DNA of 64,000 bases from Nemertoderma westbladi (Eukaryota > Animalia > Xenacoelomorpha): contig JAUCBJ010000633.1 in assembly GCA_032718475.1 (NCBI GenBank), positions 59,983 to 123,982 on the forward strand. The letters run 5' to 3'. The notes beneath the pieces were generated by a model that was not told the DNA's origin, did not search any database, and saw only the letters and a program-made list of their open reading frames with translations. Positions 52,201-63,815 of this stretch are shown here, in pieces (positions within the stretch are counted from its first letter, which is position 1; each line of letters opens with the position of its first letter). The position numbers and the translations under genes were made by a program.

Positions 52201-53265
52201 CAATAATTATTAATAAATTCGATTTATTATTAGTTGCTCAATTCTAGAACAAAATCGACCTGCAACTAGTAAAGATCTCGTTTTGGAATTTCGAAACCAC
52301 GCTGGTGCGATGCGCGATATCGTGTTTAGTTAATAAATTGAAAACTCCATCAGTTCATGTGCAACCAGTAATAAGAAATCGCGATAAATGTAATTAACTA
52401 AAAATTTTTCTAGAAAAATTTTGCTCAAAAAGTATGAAGCCTTGGCATTGGTGACGCGAAACTAGGCTAGTGAGATTCAGGATATTGCGTTTAATATAAA
52501 AATCGAAAACGCTATCGAATTCCGTAAAGGCGTTAATAAAATACTGCAACTTTTTTGAAATTTGTAAAATTCTAGAACTAGAAAAAATTAATTTTTGAAC
52601 GGCGCTGTTTGGGGTTTCGAAACATGGATAGGCTGAAAGAGGACATCGAATTAAGTTGAAAAATAAAAACCCCATCGAATTTGGACAAAGCGTTCCGGAG
52701 TTATAGCGGATCGAAAAAAATTGACCCCCCCCCCAGTCACCAACAATTTACAGTAATTTAAAATTTTGCAAAAAAAATTTTTTGCGTTATTTTTGATGGC
52801 AAATCGATTGACAGTACTGGGTATGAAAAGTTTTTTTTTGAAATTTTCGGTCAGAAAAAAAACATGGAAAAAGTATCTTTTTAAAAAGATTTGATGTCTT
52901 TGCCTATGGTCAGAGAATGATCCAACTCTGTAACTTGGCAATCGCTCAAATCCATTCAGCTGAATGGCACAGTAGAGTAAACTAAAGTAAATTCCCTTTA
53001 CAATGTTCTGAAGGGGAGAAGCCGATACACTGTATACCTAATAGTCATTCAGCAGGGGGAAGAGTTATTCAGCTGAGGCGGTAATAGATTGCAAACTAAA
53101 CCAACCAGTTGGCAGCCAGCCAGCCAGCCAGCCAGTCAATCAATCAATCAGCCAACAATTCTTACAGTAATGAACCTCTCGGTTCCTAACAATTCTTACA
53201 GTAATCAAGTCTAACGACTTGCTAAATAAATTAGAAATATAGCAGATTAATCTGTTAAATCTTAC

Positions 53266-53396
53266 CTGGGCTATTGTACCCGTAGAAGGCAATCAACTGT
53301 GCTCCATTTGGTCTGGTTGAATAGACAGAGTCTACGTCTATTTCAACTTGAGTCACGAGATTCACAGGTGGGATTATTGGATATGATCTAAGGAAC
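53266..53396 (-). CDS. Putative internal coding exon of an unidentified host gene
   Basis: ATATTCAG acceptor and CAG|GTAAGA donor flank 131 nt, open as xFLRSYPIIPPVNLVTQVEIDVDSVYSTRPNGAQLIAFYGYNSPx. Non-repetitive sequence. Confidence 0.5.
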
Positions 53397-53584
53397 CTGA
53401 ATATAATTATTTATATAATGTATAGTTAATTATTTTCAAGTCGGCCTAAAATGCAGTTCAATTATATGGGCTATCTATGGCCTATATTCTGTATTCGACT
53501 CATTCCAAAGTAAAGTACGCAATACACTACACTACACTCGTACACAATTTTGAACTTTGATTGCCCGTGCGGTACAATGTTATG

Positions 53585-54916
53585 TAGGGTGGTGCGTTTT
53601 TTACTTTTTTTCGATTTCATTGTTCTACCGGTGCACAAAAGTTGCCAAATGGTTAAAAAATAGATCTTTATAGCTCATTATAATGATGATGGGGTGATGA
53701 TAACTCCACCTACTGGCTCCAGAAGTCGAGGAAATCCTGCCAAGTACCTAACTGATCTAGACTTTGCTGATGACTTAGGAGTACTATCAGAATCATTAGA
53801 TGGAGCCCAACGGCTCCTCAGCTCATTAGAACATGCTGCTTCTAGTGTTGGTCTTTTTATTAACTCCAGAAAGACAAAAATTCTGACAGTTAACTTTGAA
53901 AGTCCTCAGCAAGTCTCTGATCGGATGAGCATAAGCTCAAAGGATGGTATGCTTGAGCATGTGGACGACTTCTGTTACCTGGGATCATGGATCCGGAAGT
54001 CAGGTGAGGATCTTCGAATACGTAAGGGAAAGGCATGGGCAGCCTTGAATAGGCTTTCCAGGATTTGGAAGTCACCGAGAATTAATCGGAAACTTAAGGT
54101 CCGATTATTTAGAGCAGCAGTAGTTCCAGTACTCCTCTACGGGAGTCCATGCTAGGCTCTAACTGGTGAGGACACCAAATCTCTGGATGGCACATTCACA
54201 AGAATGCTACGCCGGGTTCATTGTGTCAAGTACAATGCACACATCTCCAACCAGACTCTATATAACATTGGAGGTGTCTCATTGGTTCCCCCAAGCTTGA
54301 CACTAGAACAAAATCGCATCCGCTTTGCAGGACATTGCTTTCGCCGTGAGGACCAGCCAGTGCATAATCTTGTACTTTGGCAGCCTCATGGAGTGAATAA
54401 GCATGGTGGACAGTCCATGACTTTCTTGAGACGCATCTTAAAGGACACTGGCCTTAAAGATGCGGATGATCTAGCAAATGTCATGGGTGATAGGGAGTTG
54501 TGGCGGTGCAATTTTGTTGACAAGCCGGCACAGCATTCTTAAAAATACAGCTGCAATGCAGCATGCCGATCATAGTAGTAGTAGTAGTAGTAGGTTCTGT
54601 CCATGTGCCTGTGCACTAGTTCCCTTGATCCAAAAATTAAAATTTTGGTATCAAACTAAGTTTGGACCCATTTGATGACATTTGATGCATGCAGGAAGTT
54701 CTTTCTTGGGTCATTAATCTTTCATTAATGTGTTATATTGTTATAAATTTAATTGTGGTGCATCGCGAAGGCTCAAAATTTCAACCCCCTTGGGATCCGT
54801 CAAGATATCAATGAAATTTAGAGAATTTTTTTTTGCCTTAATTTTTTACCATTTGGCAACTTTTGCGCACTGGTAGATCAACGAAATCGAAAAAAAGTAA
54901 AAAACGCACCGCCCTA
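53585..54916. mobile_element. MITE with ~76-bp TIRs (TAGGG...CCCTA), interrupted by an RTE insertion
   Basis: Left end tagggtggtgcgttttttactttttttcgatttc...gttgccaaatgg matches the reverse complement of 54841-54916 with few mismatches. Superfamily not assigned. Confidence 0.85.
53676..54593 (+). mobile_element. 5'-truncated RTE family B copy with (TAG)n tail
   Basis: Near-identical to ~61349-62255; contains DFADD, an in-frame stop at 54153 and a tagtagtagtag tail. Confidence 0.93.
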
Positions 54917-55335
54917 CAGCACATATGTGCACAAAATTGTGCTTGGATTGAACTTTCGAATATCAGCTTTGATTTCGCGAAGCTTATGGTGGGACTTAGT
55001 CACTTTTGAGAAAACACCAGCTTGTCCAATTAAGGTAAAGTACGGATTCCTACGAAATGGTTTTTTTTATTTTATGATTTCAATTCTAAAATTTAGCGAA
55101 TTGTGGGCAGGTACGGTGTTGAGTTGATGTTTAGAATAAAGCTGTATAATTAAGCTTAAATAAAAATATAAATATCAGACGAATTATTGCTACATTGCTA
55201 ATTTTTTACAGTGTGGTGTGTGTGGTAAAGTATGGGACATTGCTAAGTAAAGTACGGGACCTGTACGAATTTTATGGTCAAAATGGTCTCTTACACTTAA
55301 CCTAACAGTAATTTCCGGATAATTAGTGATAATAA

Positions 55336-58300
55336 CATGCTGAAAACAGGTCAGGTCAGGTCCCCAGATCCTGCTACCACTATGGCAGTAATGTGGTACT
55401 ACCTGTAGCTGTCAGCCCAGTAGGGCAGGCCCGATAAGCATAGCCTATTCATTATTTAGTTGATCAAGAGTGGGTTGGTTCAGCCCCGTCAACTAAATAA
55501 GTCATTGAGGGCTATAGAGCCTAGGGCACTATTGAAGGCAAAGGCTTGATACGCATCTGCATTAGAGATGACACACGCCCCGCCCTGTCTATACTGGATG
55601 CTCCTCTACCAGTGTTAGGTAACCTAACCCAGGAGGCACACTTGGTTCAGGGTGTAACAAATGGACCCCTACAGTCGGCTGTAGGCTGTAGGCCATGGAT
55701 AGGCGGAAGGTAATCAACCAACGGCTAGACATGCTGACAAGGTCAGCGGAAGGTAATCAACCAACGGCGACCTACTGCAAAGACGCTTGTAGGAGTTGCG
55801 ACCACAAGCGGTTTACTCCCGCAACTGAAAGACATGAGTATGAGAACCCTCCAGGAGAAATACCGGCTCGGTCGTCGCCCGGGTCAACAAGGACCGCGTC
55901 CCTCAGTGGTACACCAGGCTAGGGTCGATAAATTGGCTACTGGAGCAGAAGACAGAGAAGAAAGAAGAACCAACCTGTTGAAATGTAAAAAGACACTAAA
56001 GATTGCTACAATGAACGCACGCACGCTGAAAGCACAGAGCAAACAGGGTGACATGGTCGCTCTGGAAATGGAATATAACATCGACATCATCTGCATCCAA
56101 GAACATCGGATTTGTCATGAAGACACTGCCATGAAGTACAATGACATTGGAAATGGATGGACGTTAGTAACAAGCTCAGCAGTAAGAAACTGGGCCAATG
56201 CATCAATTGGTGGAGTAGGAATTCTGCTAAGCTCATTTGCACTTAAGACCCTAAACAACATCGAATCTATAAATTCCAGGGTTATGATCGCAACATTTGA
56301 TGGGAATCCCAAGACAACAGTTATATCAATCAGGGCCAGAACAAGCAGTCAAGTTTTATGAAGAACTGACTGGACTTATTAAGGACATCCCGAAACACAA
56401 TGTTAAAGTCATTGCTGGTGACCTGAATGCGCAAATTGGCCCAGAAGACATCAAGGGATACATCTATAACACCAGTTCTAACAGAAATGGGTACTTACTC
56501 TTAGACCTAATGGAAGAATGTGAATTGATACCAACAAACAACACATTCGAAAAGAGTAAGGGGAAGCTATGGACCTTTCAATACCCTAATGGAACCAAAG
56601 CGCAACTGGATTACATCCTTATAAACAAAAAGTGGAGAAATAGCATGATCAACTGCGAGGCATACAGCTCGTTCAACCTAATTGGTTCGGACCACAGAAT
56701 TGTGACTGCAGAGATCAGACTCAGTTTGAGAGCCAGCAAACCCAGGACAAGCAAGGACTATGACTGGGAGAAACTCAGAACTGACAATGCTGTAAAGGAT
56801 GCTTATACAGTAGAAGTTCAAAACCGCTTTGAAGCACTTCAGTCAATGGATGAAGACCAATCCACCGATTCAATATACCAGAATATAATAACAGCCCACA
56901 AGGAATCAGCTAAGAGGCATATCCCCCAGAAACCTAAACGAAAACAGTATGTGCCATGGCAAAACTCTGAGGTTACTTGTAAGAGAGAAGATCTTAAGAT
57001 AGCCTACAAAATTAAAACCGAACAACCAACAACCGAAAACATTAACAAGGTTGAGAAAGCTAAGGACGATCTTAAATTGGCCTACAACATCAGCCAGGAA
57101 AAGTACATACAGGATACAACTGAAGCAATTACAACTGCTCACATACAGCAACAATCAAGACTTACCTGGCAAACTGTAAATGAGGTATCTGGTCGGAAAA
57201 GTTGTGCAAAGGGGCGCCTCAAAGCCGATAGTCCGGAAGAATGCGTTGGGAAGTGGAAAAATTACGTCAGCAACTTGCTTGGGCAGCCACCAAACATCGA
57301 GGTCAGCCCTACAAGGAAAATATATGACAAGACACTACCTATAGAAACAGGGGACTTCACACCTGCTGAACTCCAAAGAAGCATTAAAAGCATGTCCATG
57401 TCCAATAATAAAGCGAGTGGATTAGATGAAATCCCAGCGGAGGTATGGAAAACCGGAGTGCTAAATAGACCATTATTGAATGTTTGCAACCGGATGTTAA
57501 AAGGGGAAAAGCCACCACCAATTTGGACTAAAGGTCAACTAAAGCCTCTCCCCAAGAAAGGAGACCTCGGCATACCAACAAACTATCGTGGGATCTGTGT
57601 GCTTGTGGTAGCTGCCAAAATATACAATAAAATGATTCTATATAGGATTAGGCCTCACATAGAGAAACTACGGATTTCGACCAAGTAGATCAACAATAGC
57701 TCAGATACTTGCACTACGGAGACTGATTGAAGGAATTAAGTCAAAGAATCTCCCCGCAGTCATGACTTTTGTGGACTTCAAGAAGGCATTCGACTCCATC
57801 CATAGAGGTAAAATGCTTGAAATCCTAAGAGCTTATGGAATACCAGAAGTAATTGTTGCTGGCATTGGATTGTTATATTGTGACACAGAAGCGCAGGTAC
57901 TCTTACCAGATGGTGAAACTGAGTTTTTCTCAATCCTGGCTGGCGTACTGCAAGGTGACACATTAGCACCATTACTATTTGTAATTGTGCTGGATTACGC
58001 AATGAGGACGGCCACAAAGGGTGAAGATCTGGGATTCACACTTCAAGAACGCACAAGTAGTAGATATCCGGCAACTACAGTCATAGACACCGACTTTGCG
58101 GATGACATCGCCCTGCTCTCTAATACGCTAGCAGATGCACAGCTTCTACTAAATAAAGTGGAGAGGTTGGATTGCATATAAATGCTACCAAGACCGAATT
58201 CATAACCTTTAATGTTGATGGAAACTTGACAACCAATGATAATAATCAACTAAGGAAGGTCGATGACTTCCAGTACCTTGGATCATGGATAGAGTGTAGC

Positions 58301-58840
58301 AAAAAGGACATAGAAGTTAGGAAAGCAAAGGCTTGGGTAGCTCTATCAAAAATGGATACCATCTGGAAATCAGATCTCTCCAGGCACCTGAAGACCAAGT
58401 TCTTTCGAGCCACAGTGGAAAGTGTATTTTTATACGGGGGTGAGACCTGGACACTGACTAAATCACTTGAACAACGAATTGATGGTTGCTACACAAGACT
58501 ACTAAGGGTAGCCCTAAACATCAGCTGGAGACAACACATGACAAACGCCGAGCTTTATGGTACAATACCACCTGTATCAACCACCCTCCGTGAATGCAGA
58601 TTAAGATTCAGTGGGCACTGCTGGCGAAGTAAAGACGAGGTCATACCAGATCTACTTCTCTGGCAACCAACTCATGGAAAGCGTAGTCGTGGACGACCTG
58701 CCATAACATATATAGATCAACTTGAAAGGGATACTGAACTTGGGAGAAACGAAATTGCGACAACTATGGAGAATCGGGAAGCCTGGAAGGATCTCATTTC
58801 CACTGTCCGAGTTCGCTCGACCTAGTAGTAGTAGTAGTAG
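55336..58840 (+). mobile_element. Full-length RTE-clade non-LTR retrotransposon, family A (~3.5 kb)
   Basis: 12-bp TSD tagtgataataa at 55324-55335 and 58838-58849; ~500-bp 5' UTR; single APE endonuclease-RT frame; stop codon runs directly into a (TAG)n tail. Confidence 0.93.
55834..58825 (+). pseudogene. Frameshifted APE endonuclease-reverse transcriptase ORF of RTE family A
   Basis: Four ORF pieces. EN motifs IATMNARTL, ICIQEHR, GDLNA, LDYIL, SDH. RT motifs PKKGD..NYRGI, FVDFKKAFDS, GVLQGDTLAP, DFADD, YLGS. C-terminal RLRFSGHCWR...RGRP. A 13-bp deletion at ~58165 relative to the copy at 3770 causes one frameshift. Confidence 0.93.
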
Positions 58841-59334
58841 TGATAATAAAGTGCAACTAAGAATTTCCAACCAAGATATGGATGCAAAATGTGGGGCAAC
58901 CCACAAATTGACCCGAAGTCTTAGCATATGGGTGCCGTTTAGGAGTTGTCTGTCATCTGTCTAATTTTTGATCGCTAATACTCTATAACTCGGTCATTAA
59001 TATATGAAATTAAACCAAACTTGGTACGTATGAAGTCTGTCAAAAGTTTGGAAATAATTTGAAGTTTAAGGAATCCAAAGGTCAAATATCAGACATTCTG
59101 TCTGTTGGTATCGATAGTTTCAAAATTTTGATAAAAACCGATCATTGATGAAATACTGTATAACCAAACTTGGTACACATGTATTCTGTGAAAACTTTAG
59201 AAATTATTTCCCTTTTTCTAAAAATGTATCAATTACTGTACTTACCGATCTTCTTATAACATATATCTTCGATATAATTTCTTATCTAAAATATCTTCGA
59301 TATTCTACTAAATTTTTTGAAATTTGTTGTAAAG

Positions 59335-60050
59335 TACGGGACTTTACATGCATAAACTCAAAGATTAGTTAACTGAGGAATGATTCTTAGTTCAAATACA
59401 TAGTTCTATGCTTCCCACTACTATCACCCTAAAGCATTATAACACTCCTGCCCTCCAGGTTTCATATATTACATTAATACAGTGCACTAAAATGTAATCG
59501 CCATTATAATGGTAAAGTATGGGACAATTTTCAATTGGCCGTGATCATGATGTTTCTGAGGGAGTAGATTATGAAACTACAGGTAATTGTTTCTTAAGAT
59601 GACGCACACAAACATGCTTTGCATTCCACTGGGTGATTGGGCTGAGTTAGACTATTTCTCTGTGTATAAATTAAAAATTTCACTATTTTTTGGTTAAGAA
59701 TGGGACTTTACATGCATAAACCCAAAGATTTCTTGACTGAGGAATGATTCTCAGTTCAAATATAGACTCATATTCTTACGACCGACTATGACCTTAGAGT
59801 ATTATATCACTCCTGGCTTCACATATTACATTAATACAGTGCACTAATATAATCGCCATTTTAATGGTAAAGTATGGGACAATTTTCAATTGACCGCCAT
59901 GATTTTTCTGAGGGAGTGAAGATGAAACTAATTGTTTTATACGATGACGCAACACAAACGTGCTTTACATTCCACTGGGTGATTAGGCTGAGGTACATCT
60001 CTGTGAATAAACTAAAAATTTCACTATTTTAGGTAAAGTATGGGACGATG
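59335..60050. repeat. Diverged ~365-bp tandem duplication within an unclassified repeat rich in aaagta(t/c)gggac motifs
   Basis: gggactttacatgcataaac at ~59338 and ~59702 begins two alignable copies. Confidence 0.75.
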
Positions 60051-60466
60051 ATTAACTTTATCGATTTCATTACAGAGGAATTAAACACTGGTGAAATTAA
60101 ATGAAACCAAAAAAATTCGAAAATGGGTTTGTTTTTGATTTGGTACATGCTCAGAAATGTTAATTTATTGGTCATAGGAAGTGCCTACAAGAAACGAAAC
60201 TTTTGCACACTTTTATTCACATTTTGTGCAGAGCAGGTGATTATTTGTAATTCGACAATTTTTGAGAAACCACCTGTGTTGATACAATTTTTAGCACCAC
60301 TGAATTCAGGAAGTACGATAAATTTTGACCTAAAATAAGTATAAATTCAAAGCTACATCTCATTTTTCGAAATTAGTGGGGAGGTTGACCTTTTCATGGA
60401 ATGAGCCATTCTATGGACACACTGAGGTTGGACTAACAGTGATTCATCACAATGCATACAGCACAT

Positions 60467-62256
60467 GGCCCAGGCATGGAAATCAATCAATCTGCTTACT
60501 GGGCGGAAAAGCCAACCAACCACCAAGGTTAAGGCTGAATCACCAGCCGATCGCCTCAATGGTTGGAAAGCCCATTTTGAAAAGCTCCTCAATAATGACA
60601 GGGTATTGCCTGATAACTTTATAGAAGTAAAAGTGTCTGAGTCTGTACTCCCAGATATTCCCATTGGCGATATCTCCTTTGCAGAAGTGAAGGCTGCTGC
60701 AAAGAGCATTAAGACCAATCGTGCCAGTGGAGTAGATGGTGTTCCCCCTGAGGTCTTTAAAATACCTGAGTGTTTAAAGCTCATCTATCCCATCATAGTA
60801 GACATGTACCGAACAACAAGAGTCCCACAAGAAATGAAAACAAATAAGTTGGTCCCAGTTCCCAAGAAGGGCAACCTAACACTCTATGGTTCTTTTCGGG
60901 GAATCTCATTGATCTCGATTGCTGCAAAGCTATACAATAGGATTCTATTAAATCGCATCAGGGATCCCATTGATAGACTGCTCCGTGGAAATCAGAATGG
61001 GTTCCGTAAAGGTCGTGGGACCATGGAGCCCATTTTGGCACTTAGAAGGATAATTGAAGAATTATCAAAAAAGAAAGACAGGCATCTGGCTGTTATCTTT
61101 GTTGACTTCTTCAAGGCCTTTGATTCAGTCTCTCGCTCACGTATGTTCAGCATACTTTCATTATATGGGATTCCTGATGAAATTATTGCAGCAATCAGAT
61201 CAGTATACGATGGTTCGACAACATTTGTGTCTACTGTTGACGGTGACACAGAACCATTTTGAGTGTTATGGGGCGTCCTCCAAGGAGACACACTTGCACC
61301 ATTCTTGTTCATTATTGTGGTTGACTATGTTCTACGCATGTCCTTAGATCATCATAATGATGATGGGGTGATGATAACTCCACCTACTGGCTCCAGAAGT
61401 CGAGGAAATCCTGCCAAGTACCTAACTGATCTAGACTTTGCTGATGACTTAGGAGTACTCTCAGAATCATTAGAGGGAGCCCAACGGCTCCTCAGCTCAT
61501 TAGAACATGCTGCTTCTAGTGTTGGTCTTTTTATTAACTCCAGAAAGACCAAAATTCTGACCGTTAACTTTGAAAGTCCTCAGCAAGTCTCTGATCGGAT
61601 GAGCATAAGCTCAAAGGATGGTATGCTTGAGCATGTGGACGACTTCTGTTACCTGGGATCATGGATCCGGAAGTCAGGTGAGGACCTTCGAATACGTAAG
61701 GGAAAGGCATGGGCAGCCTTGAATAGGCTTTCCAAGATTTGGAAATCACCGAGAATTAATCGGAAACTTAAGGTCCGATTATTTAGAGCAGCAGTAGTTC
61801 CAGTACTCCTCTACGGGAGTCCATGCTGGGCTCTAACTGCTGATGACACCAAATCTCTGGATGGCACATTCACAAGAATGCTACGCCGGGTTCATTGTGT
61901 CAAGTACAATGCACACATCTCCAACCAGACACTATATAACATTGGAGGTGTCTCATTGGTTCCCCCAAGCTTGACACTAGAACAAAATCGCCTCCGCTTT
62001 GCAGGACATTGCTTTCGCCGTGAGGACCAGCCAGTGCATAATCTTGTACTTTGGCAGCCTCATGGAGTGAATAAGCATGGTGGACAGCCCATGACTTTCT
62101 TGAGACGCATCTTAAAGGACACTGGCCTTAAAGATGCGGATGATCTAGCAAATGTCATGGGAGATAGGGAGTTGTGGCAGTGCAATTTTGTTGACAAGCC
62201 GGCACAGCATTCTTAAAAATGCAGCTGCAATGCAGCATGCCGATCCTAGTAGTAGT
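60467..62256 (+). mobile_element. 5'-truncated young RTE family B copy (RT domain)
   Basis: 11-bp TSD atacagcacat at 60456-60466 and 62257-62267. RT frame 60465-62216 is intact except one TGA at 61260. Motifs NQNGFR, FVDFFKAFDS, GVLQGDTLAP, DFADD; short TAG tail. Confidence 0.94.
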
Positions 62257-62419
62257 ATACAGCACATAGGCCGTTACCGGTACTACAGTATACCATGGAC
62301 ACCGCTGGTGTCACTCATTGCTTCGATTGTGTCGTTGCATACACCTAGTAGCTACATAGCTACATACAGGTGCCGGTAAAATATACGATATTTATTGAAA
62401 ATATAACGACATATTTCAT

Positions 62420-62780
62420 TTAACCCCCCTATTAGTACCGGGTTATAAAATGTACAAATACCGGGGGGGGGGGGGTATGGTGTCATATTGACACCCCCCA
62501 CCCCCCCCCCCCCCCCCCCGACTAAATCTACAAATTTTAACGAAAACATCTGATTTTTTATTTGTGCTTAGATTTCACTAGTCTGAATCAAAACGAAAAC
62601 AAATTTAGAAAAAAATTACTGGGGTGGTTATTTTCCAGCACCAAAATTTCAAGTAGTGAACAATTTTCAAAAAATTTGTAAAATTCGGAAGTTACAATTT
62701 TCAGCGAATCTTTTTTCAATACAGGTTTTCTGAGGCGCTGAATCCATTGGACAATATTTAAAAATATATTATTAACTATG
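62420..62780. mobile_element. Left-end fragment of the TTAA/piggyBac-like element family
   Basis: Starts TTAA-CCC...ctatta, followed by a G-run/gtcatattgac/C-run hairpin like the end at 31430-31477. Internal sequence resembles 30130-30220. Confidence 0.55.
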
Positions 62781-63539
62781 TCTAACTATACATAATTATG
62801 TCAAACAAGGCCCGCAACTACCCATTATTGCCCAGTAAACAAAATAATAGAATGGAAATTATAAGCACGGATAAGAACTGTTGCTTCAGTCCCAAAGATT
62901 TAAAAGCCATGAGTTATCCGAGAAGAGTGGTGTCTCCCAGATCGCGAAAATGGGGTGGAAATCCTTCTGACAATCCATAGTAAACGAAGTCCTCTGGTAC
63001 GGGATGGTAAATATACGACAACGAGAACCATCTAGATAGATCGAAGATTGACAAGAGAAAGCAGCCGATAATCCGACATCGTATATTGGCACGGTAAAGT
63101 TTGCTCTCGGGTTATAGGCCCGGTAGAGGAACAAGAGCTCAACCTTCCCTCATACTGATTAGCGTGTAAGATACGAGCCGGATGCTAGTCTTTGACTTCT
63201 CGAAAACACAATGGGATATCATACAGGAGAATTGCCTACCTGAAACCGTAACTAGACTGCTGATTACAGGTCAAATAATTAAGATCGGTTCAGGGATCGG
63301 TGCGAACCTTATGCGAGATTTCAGCAATGGGTTTTTTTTCCCCCATAACCCCAGTAGTGGACATGCAGAAAGTCATCTACAGCTCGATTAAAACTGGACC
63401 TTACAGTCAAGATATGATCAACCTGGCGGCCCCAGATATGATAACATAAACCCATTGGTGATTGGAATGGTGATAATGACCTATATACTGGGGGGAGAGG
63501 ACATGAAACCTCACCACGGGAGTAATACAGCTACTGATG

Positions 63540-63815
63540 CCAGACAGCTGGATGAGGGGAATGCGTTATTAGAAGGGAAAGGGAGCTGGCAAGAGAGTGT
63601 AAGGAGAGAGCTGAAAAGGTGGCGAGAGAGTGTAGAGAGAGGGCTGCGAGGGAAGCAGAGAGGGTTGAGAGGGAAACGAGAGAGCGTAGAGAACGAGAGG
63701 CGAAAGAGGTGAACGAGCACAAAGAGCAAGACGCGAGGGAAGCAGATATAATTGAGAAAGAAAGGGAGTTGGTGAACCAGAGTATTAGAGAGGACAGGGA
63801 GAGAGATGGCTGGTA
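63540..63815 (+). other. GA-rich low-complexity segment with an E/R-rich reading frame, possibly a decayed LTR-retrotransposon gag start
   Basis: ARECRERAAREAERVERETRERREREAKE is coiled-coil-like. No pol motifs in the window. Confidence 0.25.

Larger units (their letters stand above)
14167..53225 (-). mobile_element. Head-to-tail array of ~23 non-autonomous Helentron/HINE (DINE-1-like) elements
   Basis: On the minus strand a typical unit has a 5' subTIR with partial IR hairpin, a (GACT/GGCT)n microsatellite, a conserved core (aaaactactctaacgattttgatgaaatttt), a variable body, a 3' subTIR, a GC hairpin and CTAG, with no TSD. Units (+ coordinates): A 14167-15671, A 15672-17167, B 17168-17501, A 17502-19010, A 19011-22464, B 22465-23703, A 23704-25597, A 25598-26478, A 26479-28662, A 28663-32543, A 32544-34423, A 34424-36481, A 36482-38978, B 38979-40482, A 40483-~42237, A ~42238-43499, B 43500-45006, A 45007-46954, A 46955-48445, B 48446-48763, A/B 48764-50419, A 50420-52085, A 52086-53189, residual B 5' end 53190-53225. 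Confidence 0.88.

Noticed and set aside
14167-53225. CRISPR-like array (recurring ~65-bp palindromic junction repeat)
   Set aside because: Intervening sequences are 0.3-3.9 kb and homologous to each other, the context is eukaryotic, and there are no cas genes. The repeats are element termini.
61260-61262. Programmed readthrough or selenocysteine at the in-frame TGA of RTE family B
   Set aside because: A single CGA-to-TGA type mutation in a 5'-truncated, non-functional copy is the simpler explanation.
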